In this document: positions 22,756 through 34,867 of the stretch, in pieces | How positions within the stretch are numbered: the stretch's first letter is position 1 | Layout of the letters: each line of letters starts with the position of its first letter | Assembly (NCBI GenBank): GCA_973895155.1 | Contig: OZ316892.1 | Location: 11,534,238-11,598,237, forward strand | Direction of reading: 5' to 3' | Origin: Marsupella aquatica | Lineage: Eukaryota > Plantae > Marchantiophyta | Length of the DNA stretch: 64,000 nucleotides | Made by a program: the position numbers and the translations under genes | The notes under the pieces: model-generated | Database searches by the model: none | Told to the model about the DNA's origin: nothing | The model's input: only the letters and a program-made list of their open reading frames with translations

Positions 22756-24199
22756 TGTCACCACTCCCCCTCCTCACATGGGCGAAAGAACACAAAAGAG
22801 ATAGCAGTAGACAAAATTCAAGAATCAAACTGAATCCATATCTTTGGGTGAAAGATAGTGTTAACACATTGCAAGGACAACTCGGCCTCCTACCATCTGC
22901 CCAACTCCTGCCTCACTAGGACAAGCAGTACGTTGCCGCCGAATGTACCAAAGGTGTGGCCGCCGCCAGGGAGGTGGCACCGCCCCCTACAATTGTCTAA
23001 AGCAAAATTATCTAAGAATTCTTTTCTGGGAAATTTTCTAGGTGGCCTCCTCCTCCCTGATCACAACCCCAAAAATGGCTCCCAAAACGGAATCCGAATG
23101 GCCATTGTAACTCGACCCTCTGTCCGTATGGCCACGGCCTCCCCCCCAAATTTGTAGCAAGAGGCCACTGTCCATGGCCTCTTGCCCTCGGTAGCCAGTG
23201 GTGCCTCACCTGGGCGTCGTACTACCATACAATGTGAAACTCAATTTTTCACAAAAATGTTTTGTCTGGTATCTCAATCCTATATCTCACTTCATTTGGG
23301 GCGTGCCACACTTTGTTGGATTCAGCTCAACGAGCTCTTTCCAACAAGCCTATAAACTTCAGATTGTGTAATGGTTGCAAAATTAACCTCCGTCTAGCCA
23401 AAGTCCGTATGGATGTCCTCTGCTGCTGGCCTGCCCACCAATGGTCATCTCCTCCCTCCGAGATGGCCACTTCATGAATTTTTCCTGAGGTGGCCTCCTC
23501 CTACTCCTCAAGCAATGGCCTCCTCTTTTTTCCATGATGGCCACCTCCTTTTGTCCTTTTGTAATGGGCTCTTCCTACTTCGAAGATGACCCCCTCCTTT
23601 CCACGATGGCCTCCTCCTTTTTGGACTGCACAACCTGGGAACGGCCAACCTCATGCTTTGCAATGGTCTCCCAAGAAAAGTTTACTTTCATTGAAAGCTA
23701 AGGACTCTCTAGAACACTATTACTAGGCCACCTAGCTTTGCCGTTTCATGGGTGATAAAAGTTATTGGGAGTATGCAATTTTGTAAGGAGTTGAACTAGA
23801 CCATTAGACCTTGGTTTTGCATGGGGCTCGTTGAGGGCTTCAAAATGAATCCAAACATGACTCTGTTTGGAATAATACTAGCGTAGGAACGTCTATTTTA
23901 AGTTTAAGCATTTTTTACATTTTGGTCATTCTTCTTGTTTCGCGCCTCATGTGGAGCCTCCAGCCAACCCCACCCACCAGGATACCTACACCTTGGCCTC
24001 CAAGTCCTTGGGACCCTTCTCAACTCCATGCCAGACACCCTTCTCAACTCGGGCCCCCAGTTCTGGCAACAATTTATTAGAACGAACAATGTTTTTGAAA
24101 AATTAGACACTTTTGCTACACCTATTTGTTTTTCTACTCATAGATATAATAATACTAAGTCATCACTAAATTACCAGTGGGTTTGGAGAGGTGGTGACA
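22756..24199. mobile_element. Possible solo LTR (~1.44 kb)
   Basis: Termini TGTCACCAC ... GTGGTGACA form a 9-bp perfect inverted repeat with TG..CA ends. The interior is non-coding with recurring GGCCTCCTCC motifs. There is no matching TSD. Confidence 0.3.
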
Positions 24200-26181
24200 C
24201 TCTCACAAAACTCACCAAATAGTTTAGATCAAAAGGGCAGGCATATTACCAAACTACAGAAAAGTGTGTCAGAATATGTTTAGTGTGGTGGAACTGCTGA
24301 TTCAACTTTACAATTTGAGAAAGAGGGGCTGGTTTTTGTAAGTACCATACTGCACTGCTATCCCGGTTCACACAGGACTTGCATGAAACATTGATTATTT
24401 TTATTCCAAGAATACTTCACCATTAAAATATTATCCTCCTGTTTTCATTTGTGAATTTTTAAACTAATGCATACACTGGAAAGTCAGTGTTAGAACAAGA
24501 TGTTTAGAATTTAGTGTTTCTTAAATTCACATTGCTGAATTCTTTTGAGTTTTCATAAGCACTCTACAATATTCTGTCACTCCTGTACTATATTAATAAT
24601 GACTTCTATTTCGCATGAACTGGGATGATAGTAAGGTATCTTATGTATAAAGCACCAATTACAAGCTAGAGTTGGGGCCTAACTTTGCCTCTAGGCAGTA
24701 ACTCCATGGTTCATCATGTGGATGGGAAAACTTATGACTATGATGTATGGCAAATGATAATCATACATGTTTTTTTATCATGATTTCTATTTATATTAAA
24801 AATGAGCTTCATAACCCCACCATAACATATGTGCATAGAAAAGAGTATGGTATGTTATATATGATTACTAAAATGATGGCATGCATGATGATTTTTTGTA
24901 ATATTTCATTACCCTTCAGAAAATGTGAATAAGGAATATATTTGGTGACAATTTTATTGTCCTCCCCGCTATTCACGTTCAAAGAACGGGTAGTCAAGGC
25001 TAGTAAGCGTAAACACTGGCCAAAATGCTGATAGCACAGGTAGTATACTGTGAGCTATTATTCCCACTTCAGGTTTGCTTGGTGGTTAGCATGGTTAGCC
25101 TATCCCCTGTCAGGAAAAATAGATTCTCACCTCACGCAGGTGGGTTGCCTTGCACTCTGTGCTCTTTTGTTTGCCAAAAGGTTTGCTCTGTGGACTTATT
25201 ATGAACTTGCAACTCTTAATAAAATTATTCATTTGCCCTCAAAGGGTGAATTCCATTTGCAACTTTTCACCTTTGCTAAATGAACTTCTTGTCCTTTCTT
25301 TATCCTCTCCAAAAATGCACCACAAGTATGTGCAACCTCCGGTGCAACAGTAGCTCTCCATATGTTTATTAAAGTTTCTCAATCTGAGTGATATATATTT
25401 CTTGCAGCCAGTATAGCTTATCAAATATGGCAAGGTTGTTGACAAACAGGCAATGCAAATAAAGACATTTACTGCAACATTTCCAGCCACTTTACTCCTT
25501 AGTTGATAGGACTTGCAAATAGAAGATTCCTTTATTTGTTTGTGTGTGTGGGTGGTGGTTGTAGACATTGATTTGGGCCTTCCCAAGTGGCATTAGGCAA
25601 AATTCTCATCGAAATGAAGATTGACCTCAAGAGGAAACATTCATGATACATATCTATTGTTATTGAATCATATCTGTAAATGCCATGAGAGCCAGAGATC
25701 TTGTTAATAGACAGGCAAAAGAGTATAGTTTGCATCTACCATTCAAAACCAGTGGGTCTCTTGCTATACATTTCTCAATAGTAGTGTTGTCTTCCCTTAA
25801 AACCCCCCATTCAAATCAGCTTAGGCAGACGAATATGAGAGCACTCCCACCGGACCTTTATTGCACCCGGCCAGGATTGAGTATAGTGGGACCAGCCCAC
25901 CAAGACAGATTGACAACCATGATTGCCCCTCTCACGTTTGATCAAATGCCTGCTCTAACAAGAACACTCAATATCCGTGTGGCTGGTTTTGGTGGGTGTG
26001 AAAAGCAGGACGGGTGAGGAAGAGTCTCCAACATTTCACAAACCCGGATGCATGGGTGCCTCACCGGCTTGTGAAACTCCTGTATGGGGGAGGAGGCAGT
26101 TTGGTATGCACAGGTGGGACTGCTTTTAGGGCTTCAGTTTACTGACCAAGAAATGAAGTTTAAACCTGAAGAGACCACCCA

Positions 26182-26325
26182 ATAGAGAGAGAACATCTTT
26201 ACTGAAAAAGGACCACTCAATAGAGAACAAATTTACTGAAAAGGACACTCACATCAATAGAGAATAGAGAACAAATCTACTGAAAATAGGACCACCAAAT
26301 CAATAGAGAACAAATTTACTGTAGA
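26182..26325. repeat. ~35-45-bp degenerate tandem repeats
   Basis: AATAGAGAACAAATTTACTGAAAA(G)GAC(C)AC recurs about 4 times. Confidence 0.7.
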
Positions 26326-26834
26326 AAAGAACACCTATTGTGAGGTTTGGCCACTTTTATAAAGTGACACTTTTAGAAAGCGCACTACCTTCAATTCCTT
26401 ATGGTCCATTGATATATTTTTTATCTAGTGATATGTGTAGTAATACACACATTGCTTACCTCAACAAATCTGAGCCTCTCTTTACGGGCCTGTCTAGGTT
26501 TTCCTATAAAGATAAAAGATGCTCACCACTTTGACCTTTATGGTCCCACGGTACCAATATTCAAGATCAATGCAGCATAACTTAAACGTGGAAACTTTAT
26601 TTCATGTAGTTCTGTGTTATTGCTTTTTTCCACATTTTCTTCAAAAGTGGAAAAAGTGACTCTATATTTAGTGCAAAGAAATCATGGAATTAGTTCATGG
26701 ACCCAGTGTTATGTATGAGTACTCCTTTGCAGGTGATACTACATGTATTTCATTTCGTCCATGGTGAACGACAAAAGTATGTAATCAATGTTTGAAGGGA
26801 GGTAGTACAAGTTCAATTTCATTCATGGTGAAGG

Positions 26835-27060
26835 GACCCATCCGGTGCTCATATGCTTAGGTGCGGCCACAGGAGTGAGCGGACAACAACACACAATGAC
26901 ATTCGGGATGTGGTTGCTGCCATTGCCCGGGACTCTGGGTACTATGTTGCTATGGAACAACGTCATGTCCTTCCCCTCAGGAATGGCGTTCCTGACCTGC
27001 ATCAAGCTGACCTGGTTTTTTCCCGGGCAGGAGTTCGTTCCCTCGGTGATGTTATCCTAA
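26835..27060 (+). mobile_element. Second RLE-type non-LTR retrotransposon fragment (zinc-knuckle end plus start of the endonuclease)
   Basis: Reads DPSGAHMLRCGHRSERTTTHNDIRDVVAAIARDSGY.V..EQ...ADLVFSRAGVRSLGDV. It has the H.L.C knuckle remnant and an RHN-like motif, and shares ADLVFS...GDV with the 8735-9205 fragment. Confidence 0.7.
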
Positions 27061-28043
27061 TGTAATCCAAGGTAAACTAACCCTAGTAAGGCCAAACAAA
27101 CTAAAAGCCGGGAACTTGAGTCAATTCCTAAGACTATTCTCCCTTGCAAGGCACCTCTCCAAAGATAACTTATTACTTAGTCAAGGTTGGCCACTTCCTC
27201 AAGAAAGGTAGGCGGGTACAATGTAGAACCGTAAGGACGACCAGGTTAAGTACATAAATCAAATTTAGATAAATTGTTTACGACGCGAGTTTAGAAATTG
27301 GAAAAGTAAAAATAATGGTTATAGTTGGTCATTTTTACCACTCTCTCTTGTTATTTGGGATTTTACTTTTTCATTTTTCTGAAGTTTTAGAGTTTTCGGG
27401 TTTAACTGATAATACTGGCTTCACGACTAACACAAAATGTCTTGTTTGTTTCTTGCCGCCAATATTATTATTCATGTTTGTGATGAAAACCTTGACATGG
27501 CACAAGTGGTGCCAGGACTTTTGTTTACTACTTCTCATCGAGGTCAGTAAACACATTACAAGCACCTATACAATATTTGGAGCACCAAAATCCAAATTTA
27601 TTCTCTATCTAATGGTCTGCAATCCAGTTTTTGTCACTCCCAAAATTGAACAAAATTGATGAGTTGCTCTATAAAGTAATTAACATGCTATCCTAAAAGC
27701 ACATAACCTTAACCCCTGAGCCAGTGCCATGGAAAGATTTACAAGGATGTACATTGGGTCCCCCCATCCATGGGGTTCACACAGAATAAAATTCAAATTA
27801 AAAAAAGGAAAAAAAGGATTATATTGGGGACTACTTTGTTGCACAAGTCTATTACATGTCTTGAGACATACTCTATGTACCTAAGGCTTTCATCAAGAAA
27901 GCGATCGAAAGATCGAAAGCTAGGAGAACAACCTATGGTCTAAAGTGAAGCCTCTCAACCGTGACTTCAGGTCACAAGTACAATTGTTCCTGGAACTGGA
28001 AACAGGCTCATAGTACCCGGAGTCTACTTATGAGCAAAACTCA

Positions 28044-28733
28044 AACATGTACAATTATAGAGGGATTTGTTGTTTAGTGCAGCTTGAAAAACACTTGTTG
28101 GAGTGCAAGGAAACTGCAATTCTACAAAGACAATATGGGGAAGAAAACATCCCTTGGTTGCAGATACCTAGGGATAAGGTTAACATGTACATCTATAGAG
28201 GGATTTGTTGTTTAGTGCAGCTCGAAAAACACTTAATACAGTGCAAGAAAACTGCAATTCTACAAAGACAATATGAGGAAGAAACACATCCATTGTTGCA
28301 GATACCCAGGGATAAGGTTAACACGTACAACTATAGAGGAATTTATTGTTTAGTGTGCACCTTGAAAAACACTTATTAGAGTGCAAGAAAACTGCAATTC
28401 TACAAAGAAAGTATGCTGAAGAAAACACATCCCTTGTTGCAGATAACCACGGATACTAACACGTACAAAACAACAGAGGAATTTGTTGTTTACTGCAGCT
28501 TGAAAAACACTTATTAAGTGCAAGAAAAACTGCAAATCTACAAAGAAAATATGGGGAAGAAAACACATCCCTTGTTGCAGATACCCAGGGATACGGTTAA
28601 AACACACAACTACAGAGAAATTTGTTGATTAGTGCAGCTTGAAAAACACTTACTAAACTGCAAGAAAAAACCGCAAATCTACAAAGAAAGTATGGGGAAA
28701 GAAACAGATCCCTTTTTGCAGATACCCAGGGAT
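28044..28733. repeat. 138-bp tandem array, 5 units
   Basis: The unit AACA.GTACAA.TATAGAGGGATTTGTTGTTTAGTGCAGCTTGAAAAACACTT...GCAGATACCCAGGGAT starts at about 28044, 28182, 28320, 28458 and 28600. Confidence 0.92.
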
Positions 28734-28809
28734 TGCACTTGTACGCTCTGCACTTGGAGATAGTCGACAGTCGACAGTATTATGAACTGACACATCAGAT
28801 TATTCTGAG

Positions 28810-29500
28810 ATGGGATCATAGATATTTTCTGAGCTGACAGAAGATAGGTTTTTGGGGATGCTTCCGTCAAGTTACATGCTTCTAGTGCTAGACCTCGATA
28901 GGGTGGATCATAGATATTTTGTGAGCTGACAGAAGACAGATTTTGTGGTGCTCTGTCTCGGGTTAGGGTGGCAACATGCTTTCTAGACCCTCGATAGGGT
29001 GCGCAATTGGATCATAAGATATTTTGCCGAGAAAACAGAAGATAGGTTTTGTGGTGCTCTGTTTCAGGTTTGGGTGCCAATATTGCTTCTAGACCTCGAT
29101 AGGGTGTGAATTGGAGCATAGATATTTTCCCGAGCACTGTTTGTGAGCCTTCTTTGGATGGCGGCTTGCTCTAGACCTCGATAGGGTGTGAGATTGAACC
29201 GTAGATATTTTCCGAGCAGACAGAAGCTAGGTTTTTTGATGCCTTCTATGATTATATATATATATTCTTTCAGGGTTGGCTGGCAACAATGCTGCTAGAC
29301 CTTGATAGGGCGTGCGATTGGACCAGAGATATTTTCCGAGCAGACAGACGATAGGTTTTGTGAGGCTTTCTTTTCAGGTTTGGGTGCAAAACAAGCTTGT
29401 AGGCCTCGATAGGGTGTGAGATTGGAACATAGATATTTCCGCATCAGAAGAAAGGTTTTGTGGTGCTCTCTTTCAGGATTGAGTGGCAACATGTTTCTAG
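28810..29500. repeat. ~80-125-bp degenerate tandem array, ~7 units, just upstream of the TIGR01589 gene
   Basis: CTAGACCTCGATAGGGTG...ATAGATATTTT(CC)GAGC.GACAGAAGATAGGTTTTGTGGTGCT recurs throughout. Confidence 0.85.
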
Positions 29501-29697
29501 TCCGTGATAATGTGCATCCGCGGACGCAGGCTTTCCAATGAATAGTGACGGGGAATAAATTTGGAACCGGGCTGCCGCTCAGTTCATTTGCCTTCTTTGT
29601 TACCGGCATCATTGTTAGGGCGGGTTGATGGTTATTTTGTTGCTCGGGAGCCACGGTTGGTAGGTTTCCGCGGGGTGTGTAATAGCAGACGGTAGAA

Positions 29698-31155
29698 ATG
29701 CGGGCTCCCACTCCGCCGGGCCATGCGGCGTCGAACGCGACTCTTGATATTTCACAATCTTATATTCTCATGGTACGTAGTCTCGTACGTGCATTGTCTT
29801 TTGAGGAGCCGGTTTTCTCGGTTGGTCGTGCAGCAGCTGATTCAGTAGTGTAGACAGAAGAGGGATTCGGGAGCATATGCGGGATTAGAAAACGGCGCAA
29901 CTAGATGCTACCGAGAACGGCTTGAATTTTCTGCAATGTGTTCATTCTAATGAAAGGCTAGTTTACGACAATGATGCACAATAATCCAGCAGTTGCGGAC
30001 GAAGGCGGTGTGGTTGATTCTTAGGGGGGTAGACATTGGTTTTGATTGTCGCAAAAAGTTATGTTGGTGATGGTTGTGCATTGTCGAGGATTTCATTGAA
30101 TTTTTTACTACTGTACACAGGTGCAGCACCTCATAGAGAGATGCTTATTACTGCACATGGACCGGGAGGAATGCGTGAGGGCCCTCGCTAAGTATGCTCG
30201 AGTGAGACCAGTTATAACGGTCACAGGTACTCTGCAACTGGAGATTGTCCCCCATTGCTTGCCTGCTAGCTCAAGTGTTCCTCTTCCTACCACGCTCATG
30301 CAACATTTTCCATCGAGGGTCTCCTACGACATTGTTTTACCGCTCGTCCACCATATTCTCTCGGTTGTGTAAACCCCTAGATCTAAAGCACCATAGTCTG
30401 AGAGTAATTGTGCGAGGCCAGTTGTCGGCATGGTCCCAGTCTGAGTATCAGCTATGAAGCCGGTTATCCACTGTCAAGGTGTGCGCCTTGAAAATCAAAG
30501 GCCCAGAATCGGAAGTTGTCCTCGATCAGCTCCTACGGATTCTCTGGCAAATACATCTGACCGTGAACCCAAGACAATAGCAGCAGCCCGTAAACTACCT
30601 TTCGTCTATTAAGCGCTGTTTGTTTTAGGTCGTCAGTTTCTGGCGTCTCCCCAATCCCATGTCACCAGTCACCCAATCTGATGGAGTTCTATCGATGAAG
30701 GTGAAATCTCACTCCAGTCAAGTCGCTATTTGCGGACATCTTACAGTGTATCTTATTTCTCTCAATTGTATGCTTCAAGCCTAGCGAAACTTAAGGTTTA
30801 CTATTAAAAAGTCATGCTTGCATGTACAGTTTGGAAGGAGCTGGAGAAAGAAAACAAAGAGTTTTTTTCTGCTTACACTGGGCAGAAAGCAACTGGGCAC
30901 GTCGGGGTGTTTACTGAAGTACTTGAGGAGGCCACAACTATGCTATGTGCACAGACTCTCGAGTGTCCGCCCCTTGAAAAACCGCTGCAACCTTGTAAGT
31001 TTATGTCGATTGGGCGTGGATCTATCTTTTCTCTCCAAAAGTTGATTGCTTTTTATCTCATCAAGCACGGAACGCACTCGTGTAGATTGTTCTGGGTCGG
31101 AAGATAGAATCCTTTTTCCTGACATGCAGCTGGTTCAGCTTCATCCAACAATTAG
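29698..31155 (+). CDS. Plant uncharacterised protein, TIGR01589 / A_thal_3526 family, ~123 aa; exons 29698-29772, 30121-30226, 30830-30994, 31130-31155
   Basis: The spliced protein reads SYILM|VQHLIERCLLLHMDREECVRALAKYARVRPVITVT|VWKELEKENKEFFSAY, the hallmark of this family. GT-AG phases are consistent; the last exon is less certain. Confidence 0.85.
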
Positions 31156-32527
31156 ACTGGTGTCTCCTTGAATGTCTTGCTTTCTCTGGGGATTCTACCA
31201 GTATTACTTCCTAAGAGAGTTTTGCGCACTCTCATTTGTTTTCCTGCCCTAGAAGTGACACCTTGTTTTGTTGCAGGAACGGAGCTAGGGACACGCGAGG
31301 ACGAGTTTGTAGCCCAGTAGTCCGGTTTCAACTCCATCCAATCTATTTTCTGTGAGTAGCACTGATGTCTGTAATTTCTCTCTACATCCTGAGGAAATTG
31401 CGAGACGAATGAGGCGCTTCTGGCTTTCCTGCAAAGGTTATGGGGGTTGAACTGTCTGCAGAGTCTCACGGCTTGACTTACAGACAGAAATTTTTACGTG
31501 TGAACTCTGGCATCCCCATTGTAATTGTGTACATAGTCTCATTTGCCCTATTTTTGCCCAAATTTTGTGTGGGCCTATGAAAACGGAGTGGCATAAGTAG
31601 TTTATCAGCGGTATGTACGGTTTAGATACAAGGGTGTGTATATGTGGGAGTAGTTCGGTAGGACATGGAATCTTGCCTTTTGAGATCCATATTCATTCCA
31701 AATCTTAATTTTAAAATGAAGATTTTTATTGCAGGTGCTGTCCTCTTTGGCCAACCCAGCTGTGTATACTGTGACTCTCTTATACCAGTTGGTGAGTGTA
31801 TTGCCATATGACGCCTGTGCTCTATCGTGTCAACGCTGTGCTTCACGTTGTAGCATCCAACTGCTTGTTGGCTTATAAGGCGTAAATTGTAAACATGCTT
31901 CAATTTGGTTTCGTATTTTGATCAATTAGAGAATTAGTCGGTTTCGGGTACAGGTACCCACTTTCTTAAGGTCGTTCGAGCTTTTCTTGTTAGACGGTAC
32001 TGGAATTGAACAATTTTGCTGAAGCGGCGTTTTGCCACACTATTGGAAAGCTTGGAAGACCGCCCTATATATTGATAACATCTCCATGACCTTGCATGAT
32101 CTTGCAATGCACTGATTTGTCTCGTTCATCGGTGAAGGACAGATGGACAATTATTTATTGTGTGTATATTATTCTTTGGTTTTCAGTTTTCTAGTTTGCA
32201 TTGCTGATATAAGTGTTGCAGCATCTGGTTGATCACCAGGATGAACATAAACCTTTGTCCCGTAGCATACCCAAAATCTCCAGATATCTTTGCGTGTTGC
32301 TGTGTTGGCATATCTATTCATCTAGAATCGCAGTCTTTTTCTAGCGCTGGCATGTGATCTTGGGCAACTACCTCGGGAGTGCAGAATTCGAAGGTGAGCT
32401 AAAGACGACTGTCCATTCATAGCGCAAACGAGCCTTAGCGTATGTTGCATTCTTCCGCCTGAACTTCTGACCTCAGTTTCTATTCGAAGCTGCCTCCTGA
32501 ATTTTCGCAAACTAAGATGTACGAACC

Positions 32528-32776
32528 TTGGAGTCACTGACTTGATTCTAGTGGATAATCAACCAACCCACAAAAGCTTGTTCTGGAACAAGTGTAGATT
32601 GGAGTCACTGACTTGATTCTAGTGGATAATCAACCAACCCACTAAAGCTTGTTCTGGAACAAGTGTAGATACGTTGAAACGTGCAAACTCTTACAATACA
32701 AACCAATATTAAGCTCGTTCTGGAACAAGTGTAGATGTGTTTAAACGTGCAAACTCTTACAATACAAACCAATATT
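32528..32776. repeat. Two overlapping tandem duplications (~71 bp and ~66 bp)
   Basis: TTGGAGTCACTGACTTGATTCTAGTGGATAATCAACCAACCC...GTTCTGGAACAAGTGTAGA x2, then GTTCTGGAACAAGTGTAGAT..AAACGTGCAAACTCTTACAATACAAACCAATATT x2. Confidence 0.85.
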
Positions 32777-33042
32777 TTCTTTTGCCTCGAAAGCCAAAAG
32801 TAGACCCATCAGCGGAGGAACTCTTAAAATATGAACCCTTTTTTTAAATTGACTGAATTAGTAGTATCCATTTAATCAAGAAAGCCCAAAATTATGCAGG
32901 CACGGGTAACTAAAACAAAGTGTAATGTCTTTCACTAAACTCCGGGCGGGGAACATGGCACTTCTACTAGAACCTTTTTGCCTTGAAAGTCAAAAGTAGC
33001 CAAAAGTGGACCCATCGGACACAGGATAGATGTTATGCTCCA

Positions 33043-33190
33043 GAACATGTGATTCTATGTAGGGAGGATAGATGGAGCCTAACATGTGATTCTATGTAGG
33101 GAGGATAGACTGTAGGGAGGATAGACTGAGCCTAACATGTGATTCTATGTAGGGAGGATAAACGTTATGCTCCGGACCATGTGATTGTAT
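33043..33190. repeat. Short tandem repeats (AACATGTGATTCTATGTAGGGAGGATA)
   Basis: Three near-perfect copies plus partial copies. Confidence 0.8.
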
Positions 33191-33229
33191 GTTGGGTAGC
33201 CATAAGAGATAATACCCAGAGATCCTACA

Positions 33230-33392
33230 TGTACCCAGACCAGGTGGGAGAGAGGTTCGAACCAGGGCCCCAAGGTTCCCCAAAGCAGATCAAAGTGGAC
33301 CAACCATGGGCTGAGGAGAAACCAGGACCCCCACCACTACACTCCACTCACATGTACCCTCCACACCCCTTGCGTGTAGAGGGGGGATTGAA
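33230..33392 (-). mobile_element. 5'-truncated copy of a SINE-like element (same family as 61203-61410)
   Basis: TACCCAGACCAGGTGGGAGAGAGG...CCCCAAAGCAGATC...GAGAAACCAGGACCCCCACCACTACACTCCACTCAC...CCCTTGCGTGTAGAGGGGGGATTGAA aligns with 61206-61352. Confidence 0.6.
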
Positions 33393-33541
33393 TGATACAA
33401 ACCAAAATTTGGACTCCTATATATAGGTAACCCATGGCCCGAGGGTTTTAATGGCTGAAGCTGGGCAATTGAATGATACAAACCAAAATTTGGTCTCCTA
33501 TATATAGGCCGCATGGCCTAGAGGGTTTTAATGGCTGAAGC
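33388..33541. repeat. ~81-bp tandem duplication
   Basis: TTGAATGATACAAACCAAAATTTGG.CTCCTATATATAGG...CATGGCC..GAGGGTTTTAATGGCTGAAGC occurs twice. Confidence 0.85.
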
Positions 33542-33588
33542 CCCACAGGCTGTTGAGTCAAGGGGGGTAAGAGCCATGGCTCAGCAAG

Positions 33589-34485
33589 TGTAACACCCCA
33601 TGCCTTTGACATAAAAATTTGGGAATCTGAGACTTGGGGAGATTGGCTGGGATTGCAAACTTGGAAGTCCTTATCCAAGCTGGCAAGTAGTGCACAGTAA
33701 GGGACTTACCCTTAAGTGGCCACTGTTCCAAAAGCAAAACCTGGTATCCAGGTTACAAAACGAGCCAATAATGTTCTTATGAAGTAAAAAAGTGCAATGT
33801 TTTGTCCTCCTTAAACCTGGTGGGGGCACTGGTAGTTTGAACTGCAAAGAAAACAGCACAAGTGCCCTGCCCAAGCTGGCCAGGGATGTACAACAAGAGG
33901 AATGCAAAGCAGGGGAATTCCCCTCAAACTATGAAGGGAAAAACAGTAACCGTTTGGCAAAGCTGCCAATACGGCTGTTATGCACATACACATTGCTATA
34001 CAATATACATCAGGTCACACACATCCAAACAGGCTATCATGCACATACACATAGCTACACAACATATATAACATCACACACATCTAAACATAAGCACACA
34101 TAAACATAAGAGAATATGATACAGGTGGAACTCATGATCACACATGTCAAAATCCCACAATAATCTTCACATGAATCAAACAATAATCGTAGCCAACAAT
34201 ACACAATCAATCACGTCCTATCCAATCACACACGTATGTCAAGCCCAACGCACATTTCATTCAAGGAATCCACGTTCATGTGCACACAACCTAATCGGCC
34301 ACACCATAACCTCCAAAGCTCATGCTTGAACTCTCAATATCAAAAGATGAGGTCTCCAATCCACCACAAAAGATAACTATCCCCTCGCATGGAAAGAAAC
34401 CCTAAAGTGCTCAAAATAACACACATATGGAAGCTTTAAACTCACATAACATGCCATATTCTAATAGCACTCATACGGTGTGACA
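33589..34485. mobile_element. Possible solo LTR (~0.9 kb)
   Basis: Termini TGTAACACC ... GGTGTGACA (8/9 inverted match) are typical Gypsy-type LTR ends. The interior is strongly A/C-skewed and non-coding. There is no matching TSD. Confidence 0.35.
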
Positions 34486-34689
34486 TGTGGCATATGAAGT
34501 GAACACATCTTTCCATCTCCGTGAGTGCAGTCTCTCAACTAGTGTACTCTTTCTGCATTGCTTTTTGCATTTCTACTGCAAATCTGCCGTTTCACCTTTT
34601 GTGCTTCCTACATGCTTTTTTTTTAACTACTCATGCTTGAAAGTTTCTCCAAGTACTCTCTTGCCTGAACTTTTTGTAAGGTGCAGCAA

Positions 34690-34867
34690 GAGTATTTGCT
34701 TGATTGACCCCCAAAATGAAACTTGTTACTTAATCAACCCCCTGAGGTCTATCAACGGTCCAGATCTGAGATTGAAAGGTCCATCAATGGTCCAGATTGG
34801 GGAAAAGTATTGAGGGGGTTGATTAAACAAACTTTTTCCAGAAGGGGGTCTACTAAGCATATCTCTA
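34690..34867. mobile_element. Small Mutator-like MITE, family B, copy 1
   Basis: Inverted arms ..TGCTTGATTGACCCCC..TTAATCAACCCCCT / AGGGGGTTGATTAA..GGGGGTCTACTAAGCATA. Perfect 9-bp flanking direct repeat GTGCAGCAA at 34681-34689 and 34868-34876. Confidence 0.7.

Noticed and set aside
28047-28607. Repetitive ORFs in the 138-bp array
   Set aside because: They are by-products of a unit length divisible by 3; the frames break in later units.
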